From positions 32,001-96,000 of the forward strand of contig NZ_JAVZIN010000002.1 in NCBI RefSeq assembly GCF_038871235.1: DNA of 64,000 nt. Reading direction: 5' to 3'. The position numbers and the translations under genes are program-made. The notes under the pieces were generated by a model. The model was given only the letters and a program-made list of their open reading frames with translations, did no database searches and was not told the origin of the DNA. The first letter of the stretch is position 1, and the number at the start of each line of letters is the position of its first letter. Source of the stretch: Candidatus Hadarchaeum sp. (GTDB taxonomy: Archaea; Hadarchaeota; Hadarchaeia; Hadarchaeales; Hadarchaeaceae). This document shows positions 33,506 to 43,507 of the stretch, piece by piece.

Positions 33506-34267
33506 TTAAACATATCCAAACAACCTAATCATAAACTGCCAATAAATATCGCCGAAAAATACCGTTACGAAAACACCTGCGGCTAGTGCTGGCGCAAACG
33601 GCATTCCCTTTTTGATCCTTAATTCATCCTTAATTCTGCCCTCTCTGACCAGCCTCTTGAGAACTCCAACTTGATAACGGGTTAATCCTGCCGCCCTACG
33701 GGGGTTCGTGTATGTTTTATCCCAATCGCTTTTCAGGTAAAACCAAGAAGAAGTCCGATATATTTTGCCTCCTTTTTCATAAATTAGTTCAGCCGGAATC
33801 ATGCCCTCTTTCAGCTCGGTGATCTTAACTGTCGCATAAAAAGCGCTCCCCCCTCGTGCACGTAAAAAAACGAAGTAAACCAGCATAAAAGGCAGAATGA
33901 TCAAAATGCTGTTAAAAAGGATGGTCAGGGGTACGGGGTAAATCGGGTTTTCTGTGGGCATTTTATATCCGTAGAGCAAGGCCCCAAGCGCGGTGAACAG
34001 TTTAACGTCTCCACCTGCCCACCCCCCCGTCCGCCAGAGAAGATAACCAATGGCGAAAGAGATTGCAGCACCGAGAACTCCGGATATCATGACGAAAAAA
34101 TCAAGCGAAAAAATTCCAAGAAGAATATAGTAAATTATGCCGAAGAAAATCATGGTAAAATTCAGTTCGTTAGGTATTATGCGTTTGCGCAGATCAGTAT
34201 ATACTGCAATGATTGAACCAACCACTGCAATAACAGTGGGTATAAAATCAAAACCCATCAAGCTCAT
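33506..34267 (-). CDS. A24 prepilin peptidase (EppA/PibD-like)
   Basis: YTDL...IIPN and GGDVKL aspartates; C-terminal L.EGMI..GLT..MPFAP domain. Confidence 0.88.
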   Translation of the reverse strand: MSLMGFDFIPTVIAVVGSIIAVYTDLRKRIIPNELNFTMIFFGIIYYILLGIFSLDFFVMISGVLGAAISFAIGYLLWRTGGWAGGDVKLFTALGALLYGYKMPTENPIYPVPLTILFNSILIILPFMLVYFVFLRARGGSAFYATVKITELKEGMIPAELIYEKGGKIYRTSSWFYLKSDWDKTYTNPRRAAGLTRYQVGVLKRLVREGRIKDELRIKKGMPFAPALAAGVFVTVFFGDIYWQFMIRLFGYV

Positions 34268-34430
34268 ACACTCAGTTTTATTATAATTTGGAAATGGTTT
34301 TAGCTATTGTGTTCTTAAATTTTTATTTCACAAACTTCATCTAACTCAAGCCTTCTCTAACCAAAAACCAACAAATAAAAAAGATTAAAAAATTTGCTGA
34401 TTTTAATTAGTTAGTAGCAAAACTATTTCT

Positions 34431-34805
34431 CTAGCTCACGGTAGCCGCATCATATACGTTGCCCTTATATCGTATCTTCAGCAAATCTCCGGTTTGACAA
34501 CCCGAAGCGGACAGAGCTACTGGGATTCCTCTCTCTAAATCGAACGAAACAGTTTGCCAGCTTGATATAGCTGTAGCACCCCGATACACAGCATATTCCC
34601 ATTCTCCTGCGTTTATCTTGGATGGAACCATTGTACTCGATGGTGTAAAATTAATGTTGTCACCGTTCTTTACGGCAGTTCCTGTTATAATCGCCGATGG
34701 CCCTGTGCTTGTAACGTAGTATACGGCTATGGCAACTATGACCAAAACTGCTGCCAACATGAGTAAGTATTCAGTTGCTCCTTGACCCCTCTTATCAAAC
34801 CTCAT
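34431..34805 (-). CDS. Probable major pilin (class III signal, DUF361-like)
   Basis: KRG/QGATEYLLMLAAVL; own SD ggaggg and flanking intergenic gaps. Confidence 0.85.
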   Translation of the reverse strand: MRFDKRGQGATEYLLMLAAVLVIVAIAVYYVTSTGPSAIITGTAVKNGDNINFTPSSTMVPSKINAGEWEYAVYRGATAISSWQTVSFDLERGIPVALSASGCQTGDLLKIRYKGNVYDAATVS

Positions 34806-34846
34806 TTTATCCCTCCGGTTCTAACTCCGCGAAAAATTTGATTTAA

Positions 34847-34865
34847 GAACTTCTTTACGAAGTTC
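34847..34865. promoter_or_regulatory. GAACTTC-N5-GAAGTTC palindrome upstream of the major pilin
   Basis: Perfect 7-bp inverted repeat about 40 bp upstream of the start codon. Confidence 0.35.
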
Positions 34866-34922
34866 GAAAGTTTAAGTTTCTAAATCTGAAACTTGCCGCG
34901 ACAAAATTACCGGCCCAAGCGC

Positions 34923-35849
34923 TCAAATTGATTTAGGCACCAAAAAATTTATCACATATCCTGCCAAAACAAAAACCACGGTTGCTACTATCATAAACGG
35001 AATGGTGTATGTGAGTCCTTTTGATATCTTTCCATATCTTAGGAGACCGACGACTAGGCTGCAAATAAAGGCCTGTAGTGCGTTATAAACCATCGCAATG
35101 ATGGCCATCTCTGAAGATATACCAATATTGGTTCCACCTACCCTGATGCCGCTGACACCAACCGTCAGCCCCACTATAAACGGGGCCGCAAATAAGGTCA
35201 CCGCATACAGAAACATTATCTGTTGCGTGGTCGCGGCTTTCCGTTCCCGCTGTATGGCCTGAATTTCACGAATATCGCTTGCAACTGAATCCAAAACATT
35301 GGCCAAAGCTGCACCGCGCTCAATTCCTTCTGCAATCAGTTGAAATGCTCTCTGAAACAAGGATGAACAAGATCTTCGGGACAGGGCCAAAAGCGCATTA
35401 ATGAGCGGCCTTCCTTTATTGACCTCAGTTATCACTCTCTCAAACTCTAACGAAAGTTCTCCGTAATTAGATCTAGCAATATCCTCCAGCGCTGAATCTA
35501 TACCCACTCCCGCCCTAAGTGTGCTCGCCATCTGATGAAGTGCATCCGGCAACGCCCGTTCAAGTTCAGCCGCTCTTCGCTGGGCCAGTAACGCCAACAA
35601 TCCTTGCGATATACTCACAAAGGAAACAATGGCAGCCAAAGGAGCCAGAAAAATTAACAACCATCCAAAGAAAAATGATATCGTCACTATTGCTAATGTC
35701 ACCCCGACTGAAAATACCACAGATATCCCCAAAAACTGCTCCGCGGATAGCCTCAGCTTAGTTGACTCCAACTTTCGGCCAATTTTATATCTAAATTTTT
35801 CTGAAAAAACCCGCCTCGCCAAGTCCGTTAACCACCGCGAGAACACCAT
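34923..35849 (-). CDS. Type IV pilus platform protein (TadC/T2SS-F)
   Basis: LPDAL.QMASTLRAG, YGELS.EF, G..LA..L..VA.D.R. Confidence 0.9.
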   Translation of the reverse strand: MVFSRWLTDLARRVFSEKFRYKIGRKLESTKLRLSAEQFLGISVVFSVGVTLAIVTISFFFGWLLIFLAPLAAIVSFVSISQGLLALLAQRRAAELERALPDALHQMASTLRAGVGIDSALEDIARSNYGELSLEFERVITEVNKGRPLINALLALSRRSCSSLFQRAFQLIAEGIERGAALANVLDSVASDIREIQAIQRERKAATTQQIMFLYAVTLFAAPFIVGLTVGVSGIRVGGTNIGISSEMAIIAMVYNALQAFICSLVVGLLRYGKISKGLTYTIPFMIVATVVFVLAGYVINFLVPKSI

Positions 35850-35850
35850 C

Positions 35851-36894
35851 TCATAACCTCGGTTCTAGTTTCTTTATCATAATTACGAAATAAAACAACA
35901 GAAAGGGGAGCAAAATTAGATAGATAACACCAGCGGCCTGAGTTGATATCCCCGCCCGCCCCATTCCTGAGGAAATGTTTACCGTTATCATCAGCATTGC
36001 CGGTATTACCGCGGAAACAAACATGTAGATCATTGTAATCATATTCAGAGACTGAGTGTAATCGCGCAACTTCATGCGCATCTCAAAGGCGGCCTCATCC
36101 GCCAACACGCTCAAAACCTTGGCTAGGTCCCCACCGGTTCTCAAGGCCCTTCTTATCTGGCGTGTGGTCTTTCGAAGGGGCTCCGAAGGCACCCGACCAT
36201 CTAGGCGTGCTAATGCTTCCTCAAAACTAACACCTTTATTCATGTCCGAGATAACCCTGCTGAATTCCTCGGAGAGTGCCCCGTAATCGGCTCGACTTAT
36301 TGAGGTAATCGTCTCCGGTAGGCCTATTCCTGACGAAAGTTGGGTACTCATGTGTCGCAGAGCATACGGGAGAACTCTATTCACCTCCGCAACTCTTGAG
36401 TTTAACTTGCGCTTGGGATATGTCCTAACAAAATACACTGTAAATAAAAAAGATAATGCCCCGCCAATACCTAGGAACAAAAATGGAACGACAAAATAGA
36501 ACAACAAGACTGATGTAAAGGCCGCCATAAGAAAGCCGCTGACAATTGTTTTCACCGCGCGTCTCTTAGAAGGAGTCTCTGTACTGAGTTGAAAGGAGTC
36601 GGTGCTTACTCTCTTGAAGAACTTAGCAAGTGAAAATTTTTCTGATTCTTTATCAAATGAATCTAGACTTGTCGCACCACCCCATAGCTGACTGTTTGAA
36701 TTTTCCTCAAAATCCGAAACTGGCTCCTCGACTCGAAATACGCTGGAACTCTTAATTTGTTTTTTAGCTACTGATGTTGACTGGCGCATTGAACCCCGAA
36801 TCTTTTGGACCGACTCACCCACGCTAAAGACCTTATTTCCAACCGCCAAAAAGATCTTTACCAAACCTTTCTTTCCGGCCCTTCTTTTTGACAT
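35851..36894 (-). CDS. Type IV pilus platform protein (TadB/C, T2SS-F)
   Basis: LPYALRHM...L.SG.GL, YGALSEEF, GGDLA..L. Confidence 0.9.
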   Translation of the reverse strand: MSKRRAGKKGLVKIFLAVGNKVFSVGESVQKIRGSMRQSTSVAKKQIKSSSVFRVEEPVSDFEENSNSQLWGGATSLDSFDKESEKFSLAKFFKRVSTDSFQLSTETPSKRRAVKTIVSGFLMAAFTSVLLFYFVVPFLFLGIGGALSFLFTVYFVRTYPKRKLNSRVAEVNRVLPYALRHMSTQLSSGIGLPETITSISRADYGALSEEFSRVISDMNKGVSFEEALARLDGRVPSEPLRKTTRQIRRALRTGGDLAKVLSVLADEAAFEMRMKLRDYTQSLNMITMIYMFVSAVIPAMLMITVNISSGMGRAGISTQAAGVIYLILLPFLLFYFVIMIKKLEPRL

Positions 36895-36910
36895 GGCACC
36901 ACGGTCGGCC

Positions 36911-38599
36911 TCAAGATTTTTTTAATCCAGCTTTATTCAACACCGCAGCAGGGTTTCGATAATATTCTTGGACCAATTTACCCACCTCAAAGATATTCCG
37001 AAGGCCCTCGCGCTTCATCCAACTGAGAAGCTTTTCTCTTCTCCTCAACTCAACTTCTATCTCATCCCCGCTGACACCGCTGAACTCAGCAATCATCCTT
37101 TTTATTTTTATTGGCACTCCTGTGGGCTCAACTGTGTCGGTTTTAGGATTCCATCTGAAGATCCGGCTTAGCTGTGGCTTTCCTCCCTCAAATCCAGTAA
37201 TTTCGGCCACCTCAGTAACTCGGCGAATCTGCCCCATCTGCCTATGATAAATGCGCTGTTGCATGATGACAACATCCAGAGCGGTGATCATCATATGGGG
37301 GACACTCATTGGTGGCTCCGTCAATCTGGTGATGGTCTCCATTGCACTGTTAGCATGCACGGTACCCATACACCCATCGTGTCCAGTATTCATGGCGGTG
37401 AACATAGTCCTCGCTTCAGGCCCCCTCACCTCACCGACGATCATCCTGTCCGGCCTCATCCTCAGTGCATTCTTGACCAAATCATCCATCGTTATCTCTC
37501 CGCGCCCCTCAACGTTCGGTGGTCTGGTCTCCAGTCTTATCCAGTGTTTATGCGGGAGCTGAAGCTCGGCCGTGTCCTCGATGGAGATTATCCTCTCCCT
37601 CTCCGGGATAAAAGTTGTAGCACAGTTTAACGTCGTGGTTTTTCCTGAGCCAGTCCCTCCTGCTATCAAAATATTGGCCGGCTTTACTCCCAACCCGTCC
37701 ACGATCAACCAGAGAAAGGCGGCAAAATTTAACGACATGGTACCATAATCGAGGATATCCAAAATAGTCAACGGGTCCCTTCTAAATTTCCTTACCGATA
37801 TGGTTGGGCCATCAATAGAAACTGGTGGTATCGTCGCATTGACCCTGCTACCGTCCGGCAGTCTCGCGTCTAGCAAGGGAGATTGCTGGTCTATGCGCCT
37901 ACCTACAACCCGGGCCATTTTGTCTATTAAATACTTTATAGACCTCACATCTCGGAAAACTATGTTTGTAAAACACATCCCATATTTGCGGTGATAAACG
38001 TAAACGGGCTTGTTAACGCCAATGACCATGATGTCCTCAAGTCTGTCATCCGCTATGAGCGGGTCAAGCATTCCATACCCTAGCATGTCCCTAACGGCAA
38101 GTTCTCCAAGCTGGTGAAAGCGGTCTGCAGGAATTTTAACTCCTCTGCTCTCCCGCGCTATTATCTTTAAAACTTCTTGGGTGAACGTACGCTGCCGTTT
38201 CGCTGGGTCTGATATCCCTTCTGGGTTTATTTTTATCTCTTCGGCGGCGATGTCCTTAACTATTTCAAGAAGTCGTTGTTCTTCCTCCGTGATCTCGGGC
38301 ATTTTCACCCTGTAAAAAATTAAGGGTTGCCCTTCTTCCGATATTATTTCTACCTGTCCGTAACTTTCAAGTATTTTTTCTCGAACACGAGTTTCTTTGA
38401 CCTGAAAAACAGAGGAACTAGCCGACTTTTTTTTACCTTTTATGTCTGTCCTAGGCTTAGTTAATTTGTCTGGAGGAGGGGACTCTTTTGCATCTGAGAA
38501 GAGGTAACTGGACGAAGCTACTTTTACAGAATGATTCATCATTTTTTTCGAAATAGCCCGGCTAATACCCCGAATCAAATTTTTGGGCGCTTTTGACAC
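36911..38599 (-). CDS. Pilus assembly ATPase (CpaF/VirB11)
   Basis: DARLPDGSRVN, GGTGSGKTT, IEDTAEL, LRMRPDR..VGEVRG, NTGH. Confidence 0.93.
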   Translation of the reverse strand: MSKAPKNLIRGISRAISKKMMNHSVKVASSSYLFSDAKESPPPDKLTKPRTDIKGKKKSASSSVFQVKETRVREKILESYGQVEIISEEGQPLIFYRVKMPEITEEEQRLLEIVKDIAAEEIKINPEGISDPAKRQRTFTQEVLKIIARESRGVKIPADRFHQLGELAVRDMLGYGMLDPLIADDRLEDIMVIGVNKPVYVYHRKYGMCFTNIVFRDVRSIKYLIDKMARVVGRRIDQQSPLLDARLPDGSRVNATIPPVSIDGPTISVRKFRRDPLTILDILDYGTMSLNFAAFLWLIVDGLGVKPANILIAGGTGSGKTTTLNCATTFIPERERIISIEDTAELQLPHKHWIRLETRPPNVEGRGEITMDDLVKNALRMRPDRMIVGEVRGPEARTMFTAMNTGHDGCMGTVHANSAMETITRLTEPPMSVPHMMITALDVVIMQQRIYHRQMGQIRRVTEVAEITGFEGGKPQLSRIFRWNPKTDTVEPTGVPIKIKRMIAEFSGVSGDEIEVELRRREKLLSWMKREGLRNIFEVGKLVQEYYRNPAAVLNKAGLKKS

Positions 38600-38707
38600 G
38601 GGCAGACCATCTTACGTAAGTTATAAATGCGTTAAAAGGATTATTTATCAAATACTGAAAGTAAAGTTTAAATCTGAAAACAATGGTAAAAATAGGAGGG
38701 CGATATT

Positions 38708-40351
38708 ATGAGTGCGCTAGGAGGTAGGCCGGTACTCGTGCTGCCAGAAGGTACCCGAAGACTGATCGGGCGTGATGCCCAAAGAATGAATATTCTTGCG
38801 GCCCGGGTTATCGGCGAAGCCGTTAGAACTACCCTGGGTCCGCGTGGTATGGACAAAATGTTAGTTGACAGCTTGGGCGACGTCGTAATAACTAACGACG
38901 GCGTCACCATATTAAAAGAAATGGAAGTGGAGCACCCTGCAGCGAAGATGATGGTGGAGGTCGCCAAGACGCAAGACGAACAAGTGGGCGATGGAACTAC
39001 AACCGCCGTCGTCATCGCAGGGGAGCTGCTGCACGAAGCTGAACGCCTTTTAGACCAGTCGATTCACCCGACTGTCATCGCTGGCGGATACCGGCTCGCC
39101 GCTGAAAAGGCCCAGCAGATTCTGGACAGCATCGCTGAACCGCTGAAAATCAGTGATGACGAGATACTGAAGAAGATAGCTATGACGGCGATGAGCGGCA
39201 AAAAAGCCGAAGGATCAAGAGAAAAATTGGCTGACCTTGTTGTCAAAGCGGTAAAACAGATAGTTGATAAAACCGATGGGGGCTACATTGCAGACATTGA
39301 TTACATCGGTGTGGAGAAAAAGCCAGGAGAAAGCACCGATGACTCTCAGCTGATCCAAGGTGTAATTTTGGACAAAGAGAGGGTTCACCCAGGAATGCCC
39401 AAGAGAGTTAAAAACGCAAAGATAGCCCTACTCGACTGTGCCTTAGAGATAGAGAAGACCGAAACCGACGCCGAAATCAGGATAACAAGTCCAGACCAGC
39501 TCAAGGCTTTCATGAACGAGGAGGAATCCATACTCAAGGGCATGGTTGACAAGATCGTTGCCACCGGAGCTAACGTCGTCATCTGCCAGAAAGGTATAGA
39601 CGACTTGGCCCAGCACTACCTTGCCAAGGCAGGAATTTACGCAGTGAGGCGGGCGAAAAAGTCCGATATGGAAAAGCTGGCCCGCGCGACCGGAGGAAAA
39701 GTGGTCACCAACCTTGATGACCTCACGGCAAATGATTTGGGCAAGGCCAGCTTGGTGGAAGAAAGAAAAATCGGCGACGACAAGATGACCTTCGTTGAAG
39801 GCTGCAAAGACCCCAAGGCTGTTAGCCTGCTCATTAGGGGAGGAACGGAGCACGTTGTTGATGAGGTAGAAAGAGCCGTTCACGACGCCATCTGTGTTGT
39901 TGGTGCCGCAATTGAAGATGGAAAATATGTGGTTGGTGGCGGTGCACCCGAAGTCGAGTTGGCCAAGCGACTGAGAGAATATTCTGAAACTGTCGGCGGC
40001 AGGGAGGCTCTAGCCATCAACGCCTTCGCCAATGCCGTCGAATCCATACCTAGAACCTTAGCTGAAAACGCCGGAATCGACAGCATAGATATCTTGGTTG
40101 AACTGCGGGCCAAACATGAAAAGCCAGATGGTAAATATTATGGTATTGACGCCTACAAGGGAAAAGTAGTTGACATGAACAAAGAAGGAATCCTTGAACC
40201 ACTCAGATCAAAAACGCAGGCGATCAAATCGGCCAGCGAAGCTGCAATAATGATACTGAGAATTGATGATGTCATCGCTGCCTCCAAGCGTGAGATCTCT
40301 CCGCCTAAGGGCCCAAGCAAAGAAGGCGAGGAAGAAATCGGCGAGGATTAA
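38708..40351 (+). CDS. ths: Thermosome (group II chaperonin) subunit
   Basis: [32 protein letters not shown]. Confidence 0.97.
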   Translation: MSALGGRPVLVLPEGTRRLIGRDAQRMNILAARVIGEAVRTTLGPRGMDKMLVDSLGDVVITNDGVTILKEMEVEHPAAKMMVEVAKTQDEQVGDGTTTAVVIAGELLHEAERLLDQSIHPTVIAGGYRLAAEKAQQILDSIAEPLKISDDEILKKIAMTAMSGKKAEGSREKLADLVVKAVKQIVDKTDGGYIADIDYIGVEKKPGESTDDSQLIQGVILDKERVHPGMPKRVKNAKIALLDCALEIEKTETDAEIRITSPDQLKAFMNEEESILKGMVDKIVATGANVVICQKGIDDLAQHYLAKAGIYAVRRAKKSDMEKLARATGGKVVTNLDDLTANDLGKASLVEERKIGDDKMTFVEGCKDPKAVSLLIRGGTEHVVDEVERAVHDAICVVGAAIEDGKYVVGGGAPEVELAKRLREYSETVGGREALAINAFANAVESIPRTLAENAGIDSIDILVELRAKHEKPDGKYYGIDAYKGKVVDMNKEGILEPLRSKTQAIKSASEAAIMILRIDDVIAASKREISPPKGPSKEGEEEIGED

Positions 40352-40353
40352 GT

Positions 40354-40815
40354 CTATCTGATGAAGACAACGGCGGCTAAGGCGGCACCGTGTTGCTCGA
40401 CAACGTGACCCGCTGAAACTGAAGTGACCTTGGTGGGTTCAAGTCCCCTCCTTTCCATCATGTATCTAACCATGTCCTCAGCCGTCCTTGCCGCCATCTT
40501 TTGAGTTATGCCGATATCGTGGTACTCAGAGACCATCCCGTGAGAGGTTTCACTGATTGCTATCCCTACTGCTGCGGCTATCTTCTGCCCTGGTGTTGAA
40601 CTACATATCTTGGAGATAACGAGGGGTACTATTGTCCCTGGTTCCATCTTCCTCCATTTGACTATCTTACAACCAATGGGCCAAATGCTGGACACTGGTA
40701 CTAGATTAAGTTCGGCAATGCCTGCCTTTCTAAGCGCATTGTCAAAGGCGACTAATTCAAATGGTCCATCGGCGTCGCCTGCTACCAACGCTGCTTCTTT
40801 GGGTACTTCCCACAT
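40354..40815 (-). CDS. pdaD: Pyruvoyl-dependent arginine decarboxylase
   Basis: AFD.AL..AGI...NLVPVSSI.P containing the Ser-Ser cleavage site. Confidence 0.85.
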   Translation of the reverse strand: MWEVPKEAALVAGDADGPFELVAFDNALRKAGIAELNLVPVSSIWPIGCKIVKWRKMEPGTIVPLVISKICSSTPGQKIAAAVGIAISETSHGMVSEYHDIGITQKMAARTAEDMVRYMMERRGLEPTKVTSVSAGHVVEQHGAALAAVVFIR

Positions 40816-40819
40816 ACTA

Positions 40820-42352
40820 TCACACTATCCTAGGTCGGTGTGTTATTTTCTCCAGTAACATTCCCTCGATCTTGAGAGGGAACTTACGTCTCGCGACTTC
40901 CAGAGCTTCATCGAGTTTTGACTCATGTTCTGCATAAATTTCAAAAAGCGGCTCTCCCTTATCAACTTTTCCCTCCTTTTTCCGCAACAACACAATGCCA
41001 GCGCCTTTGTCCCTCGGAGCACCTGCAGTCCGTGCTATCTCGTTGACATTCTGGTTGTATATTTGAGTCACGTAGCCGGAATATGGGGCCACTACTACTT
41101 CTTTTTTATCGCCGATGGGGATATCCTCTGGTTTGATGTCAGGATTTCCTCCTTGAGCAGCAATTATCTCACGCATTTTTTGATATGCCTTCCCCGACCT
41201 TAAAATTTCAATTGCCATCTCCTTACCTAATCCTGGAGGAGCCGCACCACCTAACTCAAGCATGATTGCAGCAAGGCTGGTTGATTTCTCAATTAGGCTT
41301 CCGGGACCTTTCCCAAGGAGCGCCTCTAGCGCCTCTTTTGCCTCAAGGGCAGGGCCCACATTATGTCCAATAGGCTGGCCTCCGTATGTTACTGCCACTT
41401 CCACTTGAACTTTCAAACGATGCCCAAGCTCGATAAAATCGTGAGCAAAACTGCGCGCCTCCTCAATGTTCTCAACTTTCGCTCCCGGTCCGGTTGGTAT
41501 ATCGATCAAGATGCTGTCGACTCCTTCAGCTAATTTCTTCGACATCACGCTGGCCAGTAGCTGGCATCTCGGATCAATACCCAACTGACGCTCTATGCTA
41601 ATTATTATATCGTCGGCCGGGGCTAAATTAACAGCCCCTCCCCAAGCCAAAACGCCACCTACCTTATTAGCGATCTTTTTTATTTCATCTATACTAAGGG
41701 TCACATTCGCAAGTACTTCCATAACGTCGGCAGTTCCCGCTGCGCTAGTAATGGATCTGCTGCTGGTTTTAGGAACTATTATTCCTGTTGCCGCTACTAT
41801 GGGCACCGTTATCAGAGCATACTTGTTTCCTGGAACACCTCCTATGCTATGAACATCTAGCACATGTTCCCGATCAAACTCAATTCTATCACCAGTGTCC
41901 AACATGTGTTGAGTTAGCGCAACTATCTCATCCAAATCCATATCTCTGATGAACTCGGAAACGACAAAAGCCGTCATTTCGGTGGTGCTCAAGTTACCAG
42001 CAACGATATCCCGAATAATGGCACCGATCTCATCGTGGGTCAACTTCCCGCCGGACATCTTCTTTTTAATCGAAGCAACTGACTGGGGGCGCGGCGCGAT
42101 CTCAACGCTCACCACATCACCGGATTTCAGGGCTAGGGCCTCTGTGACCTCGCGAAAAGCACCAAGTTCTCCAGGCTTAACCAGTTTATTGGTCTCATTA
42201 GCAATCGCCACGATCGTCTTATTTTCCGTGATCAATTTCACTCTATCACCGGGAAAATGGCCGATCTCTTGGGAATCTCTCTCATGTATCACAACAATGT
42301 TGCGTCCGGTTTCCATGTCAAGCGGCTTAGTTCGGAGAGTAAGTTTTTTCAT
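40820..42352 (-). CDS. AMP phosphorylase
   Basis: N-terminal double-psi barrel, HSIGGVPGNK, PKTSSRSITSAAGTAD, LAPADD, DIPTGPGAK, GAP.DKGAG. Confidence 0.92.
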   Translation of the reverse strand: MKKLTLRTKPLDMETGRNIVVIHERDSQEIGHFPGDRVKLITENKTIVAIANETNKLVKPGELGAFREVTEALALKSGDVVSVEIAPRPQSVASIKKKMSGGKLTHDEIGAIIRDIVAGNLSTTEMTAFVVSEFIRDMDLDEIVALTQHMLDTGDRIEFDREHVLDVHSIGGVPGNKYALITVPIVAATGIIVPKTSSRSITSAAGTADVMEVLANVTLSIDEIKKIANKVGGVLAWGGAVNLAPADDIIISIERQLGIDPRCQLLASVMSKKLAEGVDSILIDIPTGPGAKVENIEEARSFAHDFIELGHRLKVQVEVAVTYGGQPIGHNVGPALEAKEALEALLGKGPGSLIEKSTSLAAIMLELGGAAPPGLGKEMAIEILRSGKAYQKMREIIAAQGGNPDIKPEDIPIGDKKEVVVAPYSGYVTQIYNQNVNEIARTAGAPRDKGAGIVLLRKKEGKVDKGEPLFEIYAEHESKLDEALEVARRKFPLKIEGMLLEKITHRPRIV

Positions 42353-42417
42353 GATATCAGAATTTTTTATGTCATTAAAAGACTTAAACGTTTTCAAACA
42401 AATGATGAATGGATTGG

Positions 42418-42708
42418 ATGATAAAAATCGAAGAGTTAAACGTGGAAAACAAGAAAATTTGTGGATTAGTAGCTGATCTCCCTAAGGCTCCACTGGTAGC
42501 AATAATCGCACCCAAGGGATACATCATGTGCGGTTATTTGAACCTAGAAACTGCGGAAAATTTGGGCCAAGCAGCCGCAATCGTGAGAGGCGTTGCTAGT
42601 GTTGAGGATATGCTAAATAAAAAAATTTCAGCAGTTACCTCACAAGCCAAGATTCTTGGGATTAATGAAGGTACTCCCGTTAAGGAAGCTATTAAAAAAT
42701 TGATCTGA
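42418..42708 (+). CDS. YunC / DUF1805 family protein
   Basis: LP.APL, KGYIMCGYLN, AA.V.GV...EDML, A..LGI..G. Confidence 0.85.
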   Translation: MIKIEELNVENKKICGLVADLPKAPLVAIIAPKGYIMCGYLNLETAENLGQAAAIVRGVASVEDMLNKKISAVTSQAKILGINEGTPVKEAIKKLI

Positions 42709-43507
42709 TTTTTGTTGCCGTTTTCAGTTTCCTGCTGATGGATCCGATTCTCTGCAACATTATCTTTCTATTTCTTAAATTTTCTTCAATAACTTTAACC
42801 AAAGCGCTGCCCACAATCGCGCCATCAGCACCTGCCTCGATAATGCTCAGGATATGCCTTGGCTCAGAAACTCCGAATCCAACCACAACTGGGACTTTGC
42901 AGTAGCCCTTGGCCTTAAATACGAGGGAGCTAAGCAATGGTGAAAGATTCTTTCGGACGCCTGTGACTCCTAGCAGACTAACCAAGTAAAGGAAACCGCT
43001 TGTTGCGCTTACGATCTTCTTAAATCTTTCCTCAGTAGTAACAGGTGTGGCAAGGAAGATCATATCCAAACCGCGTTTCTTGGACTCCTCCATCACCTCC
43101 CGCGCCTCCTCAACGGGAAGATCCGGGATTATCAACCCATCAACTCCACTAAGGGCACAATCGGTAATGAAACGGGATATGCCGCTCTTGAGAATGGGAT
43201 TAAAATAGCTCAAGCAAATTAGCGGCACTTCTACTTTCTCTCTGATTTTTTTCATTAAGGCAAAATAAATATCTGTGTTCATACCAGATTGAAGGGCTCT
43301 TGCAGCTGAGGCTTGAATTGTGGAGCCATCAGCAACCGGGTCGGAAAAAGGGAGGCCCAGTTCTATCATGTCCACACCTGAGTCTTCAAGTATTTCAGCC
43401 ATCTTCAATGTCAAATGCGGTGTGGGATCTCCTGCCACTAAAAAAGTCACTAATGCACCTTCTTTCTTGAAACTGAGCTCCTCAAACTTTGCTGCGATTC
43501 TGCTCAC
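42692..43507 (-). CDS. trpA: Tryptophan synthase alpha chain
   Basis: [37 protein letters not shown]. Confidence 0.96.
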   Translation of the reverse strand: MSRIAAKFEELSFKKEGALVTFLVAGDPTPHLTLKMAEILEDSGVDMIELGLPFSDPVADGSTIQASAARALQSGMNTDIYFALMKKIREKVEVPLICLSYFNPILKSGISRFITDCALSGVDGLIIPDLPVEEAREVMEESKKRGLDMIFLATPVTTEERFKKIVSATSGFLYLVSLLGVTGVRKNLSPLLSSLVFKAKGYCKVPVVVGFGVSEPRHILSIIEAGADGAIVGSALVKVIEENLRNRKIMLQRIGSISRKLKTATKIRSIF

